From positions 46,190,001 to 46,254,000 of the forward strand of contig NW_027362768.1 in assembly GCF_046119375.1 (NCBI RefSeq): DNA of 64,000 nt, read 5' to 3'. Source of the DNA: Phyllobates terribilis. Its lineage: Eukaryota. The notes beneath the pieces are model-generated. The model did no database searches. It saw nothing but the letters and a program-made list of their open reading frames with translations, and was not told the DNA's origin. The translations under genes were made by a program, and so were the position numbers. This document shows, piece by piece, positions 58,802 through 64,000 of this stretch (positions are counted from its first letter, which is position 1; each line of letters starts with the position of its first letter).

Positions 58802-59527
58802 ACAAGCAGCAAACAATTGATCCTTATATACATTTGACTAGGTATACAATTACTTAAAAGGGGCGGGGCCAGATACAGAGTATTACCTCTGTATTAACCC
58901 CTTGAGTTCATATATGCTCAATAGAGTAAAAAGGATTGTTATAAAATAATGCCTAATGAAGCATATAGGGTTCTTATAAAAAGGATTCGCTGTAAAAAAA
59001 ACAAACAAAAAAAAAACTTGTGAATCCTATAATCTTAATACTTCATAGGATATATTGTCATCTACCACCCTATATTTTAGATTATATAAAATAATAATAA
59101 TAATAATTTTTACATACAACATAAAACAATGCATAAATATAAAGTATAAAATTACAATCAGTTTCTATCATTGTAATTAGGAAAAGTNNNNNNNNNNNNN
59201 NNNNNNNNNNNNNNNNNNNNNNNNNNNNNNNNNNNNNNNNNNNNNNNNNNNNNNNNNNNNNNNNNNNNNNNNNNNNNNNNNNNNNNNNNNNNNNNNNNNN
59301 NNNNNNNNNNNNNNNNNNNNNNNNNNNNNNNNNNNNNNNNNNNNNNNNNNNNNNNNNNNNNNNNNNNNNNNNNNNNNNNNNNNNNNNNNNNNTTCTCCTT
59401 TCTCTCTCTCCTCCCTCCTCCCCTCCCTCTCTCCTTTCCCCTCTTCCCTCCTTCTCTCTCTCCTCCCCCCTCCTCCTCCATATAAAAGATATATATAATA
59501 AATTTGCTAAAATATGAAAACAATTAT

Positions 59528-60577
59528 TTAAAAAGTTGTCTTCTCTATATTAAGGTTCAAACCTTCAGGAGACAAGGTTCCCATTTTGAAAATCCAATAA
59601 TTTTCACGTGTAATGAGACGATTTAGTCTATCAGGGTGTGTATCAACTATATGATCAATGATAGTTAGTTTTAGGTTATTAGGATTTTTTTGATGTTCTT
59701 TTAAGAAATGATTAGAAACGCTATGTAGGGGAAAGCCGTTTCTAATATTTTGGCGATGTTTATTTAATCTTGAGTGCATTTCCTGGATAGTGCGGCCAAT
59801 GTATTGCAGGCCGCAGGTGCACTGGAGCAGATAGATCACATATGAGGACTGACATGTAAGTCTAAAGCGAATGGGATAGATCTCTCCAGTGACCGCAGAG
59901 ACGAATGTTTTGGCTCCGTTATCAATGGATTGACAGCATAAGCATTTAGTGACATTACATTTATAACATCCATTATTGCTAATAGGAGCTGGATGGTTCG
60001 GTCTTCTACCAATTGTTGTATTGCTAGGGGCTATATAGTTTCCTAGATTTTTACTCCTCCGATATATGACATGAGGAAATTCCGGTAAATGACCAGTTAA
60101 TATTGGATCATTACTTAAAATGAACCAGTATTTTTTTAATAAACTGGATAACACTTGCGTAGGTTTACCATAGGTAATTTTAGCTATTGTTTCTAAAGCA
60201 TGCATAGCCAGAGTATTCCTTTTATCAATCAACAATCTGATCAGTGTTGTTGAGCAATCAGAAATACACCTGTCCCATCTTTCAGTAAAAACAATATCCT
60301 GAGGAAAGGATGAGTGGAGATTCATTCTCAATCCCTTAGGTATTATGTTATCCTTAATGTAATGTTCTAAAAACATCGTGTCTATGTGATTAGTTATTTC
60401 TATTTTGCTATTATTTTCTAAGTTCAAAAACAGTCCACGTAACCTTTTTTGATCTATATCATTCAGCATAGTTGGATTATTATATATGCATCTGTCGCCA
60501 TCTTTAAAGTCTTTACTAAGGGCTGTATTGATCAGAGATAATCTAAATTTCTCTCTATTCGTCACATAAAAGTCCAT
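59528..60577 (-). CDS. RT-less Penelope ORF: N-terminal domain fused in frame to the GIY-YIG endonuclease (349 aa)
   Basis: ATG to TAA; YIKDNIIPKGLR N-terminal motif joins YGKPTQV near 60176; then CYKC..CLCC, VIYLLQCTCGLQYIGRT and RENYWI. Confidence 0.75.
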   Translation of the reverse strand: MDFYVTNREKFRLSLINTALSKDFKDGDRCIYNNPTMLNDIDQKRLRGLFLNLENNSKIEITNHIDTMFLEHYIKDNIIPKGLRMNLHSSFPQDIVFTERWDRCISDCSTTLIRLLIDKRNTLAMHALETIAKITYGKPTQVLSSLLKKYWFILSNDPILTGHLPEFPHVIYRRSKNLGNYIAPSNTTIGRRPNHPAPISNNGCYKCNVTKCLCCQSIDNGAKTFVSAVTGEIYPIRFRLTCQSSYVIYLLQCTCGLQYIGRTIQEMHSRLNKHRQNIRNGFPLHSVSNHFLKEHQKNPNNLKLTIIDHIVDTHPDRLNRLITRENYWIFKMGTLSPEGLNLNIEKTTF

Positions 60578-61024
60578 AATGATCCAGCAATTTAGATTTT
60601 AAAGTCTTAAACACAGTTCTTATCTGTTGATGATTCTGCAAGGTTTTTCCGTCTCTCGATGTGTAGAACAATCTGGGTCGCCCAATTTGCAGCTCCTGGT
60701 CTTGAGGCTAAGCCCCCAGCAATAGAAGACTCAATATGTAAAGAGAGGAGAGAACAAGGCGCAATGGGTGACTCAGTATTGCAATTGTAGAGGGGTGTGG
60801 GGATGGCTACTAACCTTATGAAGTTGTGCACCTCTGCACAACCCCAGTGTAAAGCTCCACAAGCTCCGCTCTGTTGGTGGCTGTCATCTATTTCCAGCGG
60901 CGTTCACAGATCCTGATCTCTTGGTGGTATATCACGTGGTCAGGTTAGTAGCATGTAATGCCGAGATAGACGCCCAGCTTCACCAACACCCCCGGCAGCG
61001 TTCCGGAGGGGTTAAGGCAGCGCA

Positions 61025-61068
61025 GACACAACGCATTTCGGTGGACACAGCCACCTTCATCAGGTGTC
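61025..61068 (-). ncRNA. Hammerhead copy 3 at the inversion centre, variant helix III
   Basis: GACAC-CTGATGA-A-GGTGGCTGTGTCCACC-GAA-ATGCGT-T-GTGTC. Confidence 0.72.
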
Positions 61069-61074
61069 AAATTG

Positions 61075-61903
61075 ATTCGGATTTTTTTCTGGAATCTAAG
61101 GTTTTACAAAAACGTTTTAGAGCTTAGGGATACCCCCGGAAATTATTAGAGGATGCTTTCTCCAAAACTAGATCCCTATCACAGAACCTGTGTATCAACA
61201 AATCCAAGAATACCAGCCAAGAGCCAAACAACGATTTCAGTTTAAATCTGATTACTACCTATGGTAAACCTACGCAAGTGTTATCCAGTTTATTAAAAAA
61301 ATACTGGTTCATTTTAAGTAATGATCCAATATTAACTGGTCATTTACCGGAATTTCCTCATGTCATATATCGGAGGAGTAAAAATCTAGAAACTATATAG
61401 CCCCTAGCAATACAACAATTGGTAGAAGACCGAACCATCCAGCTCCTGTTAGCAATAATGGATGTTATAAATGTAATGTCCCTAAATGCTTATGCTGTCA
61501 ATCCATTGATAACGGAGCCAAAACATTCGTCTCTGCGGTCACTGGAGAGATCTATCCCATTCGCTTTAGACTTACATGTCAGTCCTCATATGTGATCTAT
61601 CTGCTCCAGTGCACCTGCGGCCTGCAATACATTGGCCGCACTATCCAGGAAATGCACTCAAGATTAAATAAACATCGCCAAAATATTAGAAACGGCTTTC
61701 CCCTACATAGCGTTTCTAATCATTTCTTAAAAGAACATCAAAAAAATCCTAATAACCTAAAACTAACTATCATTGATCATATAGTTGATACACACCCTGA
61801 TAGACTAAATCGTCTCATTACACGTGAAAATTATTGGATTTTCAAAATGGGAACCTTGTCTCCTGAAGGTTTGAACCTTAATATAGAGAAGACAACTTTT
61901 TAA
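61075..61903 (+). pseudogene. 5'-truncated Penelope 2 ORF (thumb end and GIY-YIG)
   Basis: RFRA*GYPRKLLEDAF thumb region, a 1-nt deletion near 61388, then the 103-aa GIY-YIG ORF identical to the end of 59528..60577. Confidence 0.88.
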
Positions 61904-62619
61904 ATAATTGTTTTCATATTTTAGCAAATTTATTATATATATCTTTTATATGGAGGAGGAGGGGGGAGGAGAGAGAGAAGGAGGGAAGAGGGGAAAGGAG
62001 AGAGGGAGGGGAGGAGGGAGGAGAGAGAGAGAGAAAGGAGAANNNNNNNNNNNNNNNNNNNNNNNNNNNNNNNNNNNNNNNNNNNNNNNNNNNNNNNNNN
62101 NNNNNNNNNNNNNNNNNNNNNNNNNNNNNNNNNNNNNNNNNNNNNNNNNNNNNNNNNNNNNNNNNNNNNNNNNNNNNNNNNNNNNNNNNNNNNNNNNNNN
62201 NNNNNNNNNNNNNNNNNNNNNNNNNNNNNCGTCTACTTTTCCTAATTACAATGATAGAAACTGATTGTAATTTTATACTTTAATTTATGCATTGTTTTAT
62301 GTTGTATGTAAAAATTATTATTATTATTATTTTATATAATCTAAAATATAGGGTGGTAGATGACAATATATCCTATGATGTATTAAGATTATAGGATTCA
62401 CAAGTTTTTTTTTTTGTTGTTTTTTTTACAGCGAATCCTTTTTATAAGAACCCTATATGCTTCATTAGGCATTATTTTATAACAATCCTTTTTACTCTAT
62501 TGAGCATATATGAACTCAAGGGGTTAATATAGAGGTAATACTCTGTATCTGGCCCCGCCCCTTTTAAGTAATTGTATACCTAGTCAAATGTATATAAGGA
62601 TCAATTGTTTGCTGCTTGT

Positions 62620-62663
62620 CACACCTGATGAAGGTGGCTGTGTCCACCGAAACGCGTTGTGTG
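62620..62663 (+). ncRNA. Minimal type I hammerhead ribozyme
   Basis: CACAC-CTGATGA-A-GGTGG(CTGTGT)CCACC-GAA-ACGCGT-T-GTGTG: core, 5-bp helices I and II, palindromic helix III, GUU site. Confidence 0.85.
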
Positions 62664-63855
62664 TGTGTATTAATAAATCAGTCCTTTTAATATTTTTGCC
62701 CTGTTATTGGCGCTCTGGTACCACTATTCATATTCACTGATTGTCCTTTTCCCCCTGTTGGGGTGCGGTAGAGCTGCCTTTAACCTATTGTTTTTTCACC
62801 TGTGGGAGCAATTTAATTAGAATCACTACCCTGGTTTTCCAAGCTGCGCTGCCTTAACCCCTCCGGAACGCTGCCGGGGGTGTTGGTGGAGCTGGGCGTC
62901 TATCTCGGCATTACATGCTACTAACCTGACCACGTGATATACCACCAAGAGATCAGGATCTGTGAACGCCGCTGGAAATAGATGACAGCCACCAACAGAG
63001 CGGAGCTTGTGGAGCTTTACACTGGGGTTGTGCAGAGGTGCACAACTTCATAAGGTTAGTAGCCATCCCCACACCCCTCTACAATTGCAATACTGAGTCA
63101 CCCATTGCGCCTTGTTCTCTCCTCTCTTTACATAGGAAAACAATATGATCACTTTTGTCACTACTCATAGTCTGGAAGTTCAGAGAGTTAACCAGATTGT
63201 TAGGAATAGGTTACCAATGCTACAACAGGATAAAACATGGAATGTGATCTTGAAAGACCCTGTTAGATTTACAGCGAGGAGAGCCCCTACTCTGGGCAAT
63301 ATTCTCTCCCCAAGCTTATTCCAGAGTGATATGGGTAGTGGGGAAGAGAATTGGCTGTCAGTTAAAGGCTCATATAAGTGCGGTCATACAGTTTGCACTT
63401 GCTGTAAATTTATGGTAAATTCAAAATCTTTTATGTCATCGGTAACCAATAAAAAATCTGATATTGATAGTTTTATAAATTGCAATACTTGTAATTTGGT
63501 ATATCTTATCACCTGTATATCATGCAATGTACAATATGTTGGATGTACTAGCGGACCTCTTAAAATTAGAGTGAGGAGACATTTATCTGATGCCACTAGC
63601 AAAATTATATCCAAAAGCTCTGCTATTAGTAAACACTTTATCCATACACATAATGGTGATACTAAGGATTTTAGAGTAATGGGAATTGAAAAAGTTAAAA
63701 ATTTGGCTAGAGGTGGAGATATGAGACATAAATTGATGAATCGTGAGACCTGGTGGATGCATGTCCTTAAGACAAGAGTTCCATCAGTGGTTAACATTCG
63801 CCAGGACCTCATTTATCACTATTGATTTTCCACCTCTTGAATTGTCTCCTGATAA

Positions 63856-64000
63856 ATAGCACAGACCAAAAGTTTGGACACACCTTCTCATTTAATGAAT
63901 TTTCTGTATTTTCATGACTATGAAAATTGTACATTCATACTGAAGGCATCAAAACTATGAATTAACACATGTGGAATTATATACTTAACAAAAAAGTGTA
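63856..64000. mobile_element. Start of a Tc1 TIR, running off the window
   Basis: CAGACCAAAAGTTTGGACACACCTTCTC is a Tc1-type terminal motif. Confidence 0.7.

Larger units (their letters stand above)
58684..63133. mobile_element. Penelope-like element 2, head-to-head inverted pair inserted in element 1
   Basis: 18-bp duplication AGGAAAACAATATGATCA at 58666-58683 and 63134-63151; minus unit 58684-61068, plus unit about 61070-63133; each contains an N gap at its GA microsatellite. Confidence 0.88.
56830..63833 (+). mobile_element. Penelope-like element 1 (outer), decayed and interrupted
   Basis: INLSS..L...VLSKGLSFSP, RRADKDGAVV, FHSLPKIHK..RPIV, GAPMGASFSP, YLDDLL; GIY-YIG part at 63145-63825 (VYLITC..CNVQYVG, NRETWW). 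Confidence 0.9.

Noticed and set aside
59158-59523. ORFs spanning N runs (also 61908..62264)
   Set aside because: Artefacts of assembly gaps next to GA microsatellites.
58684-63133. Inverted Penelope pair as a pure misassembly
   Set aside because: The arms differ by several substitutions and an indel, have different 5' junctions, and are bounded by an 18-bp TSD that restores the host element. The gaps still warrant long-read confirmation.

Overview
Eukaryotic, gene-poor, AT-rich window made almost entirely of nested transposable elements. The repeat families suggest a vertebrate, probably an anuran amphibian (inference). No host exon is securely identified and there are no prokaryotic features. 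Left to right: (1) a Ty1/copia element (78-11332, minus, TSD GAGAT) with a near-intact Ty3/gypsy chromovirus inserted in it (2297-8998, TSD TGCTT); (2) Tc1 and hAT remnants; (3) two related ~10-kb hAT elements (15267-25878; 44714-54920, TSD ATTATTAA) carrying solo LTRs, a V-SINE and internal satellites; (4) a Tc1 lacking its catalytic E; (5) two CR1 LINEs, one with both ORFs intact; (6) a TTAA-flanked non-autonomous element and several MITEs; (7) a Chapaev3-like remnant split by a perfect hairpin MITE; (8) a Penelope-like element interrupted (18-bp TSD) by an inverted pair of a second Penelope family with hammerhead ribozymes and an in-frame RT-less GIY-YIG ORF. Most unexpected: the 3' arms of both hAT elements alternate antisense copies of their own transposase with fragments of a two-RRM gene resembling the germline factor dnd1. 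All family assignments come from motif recognition, not database searches.
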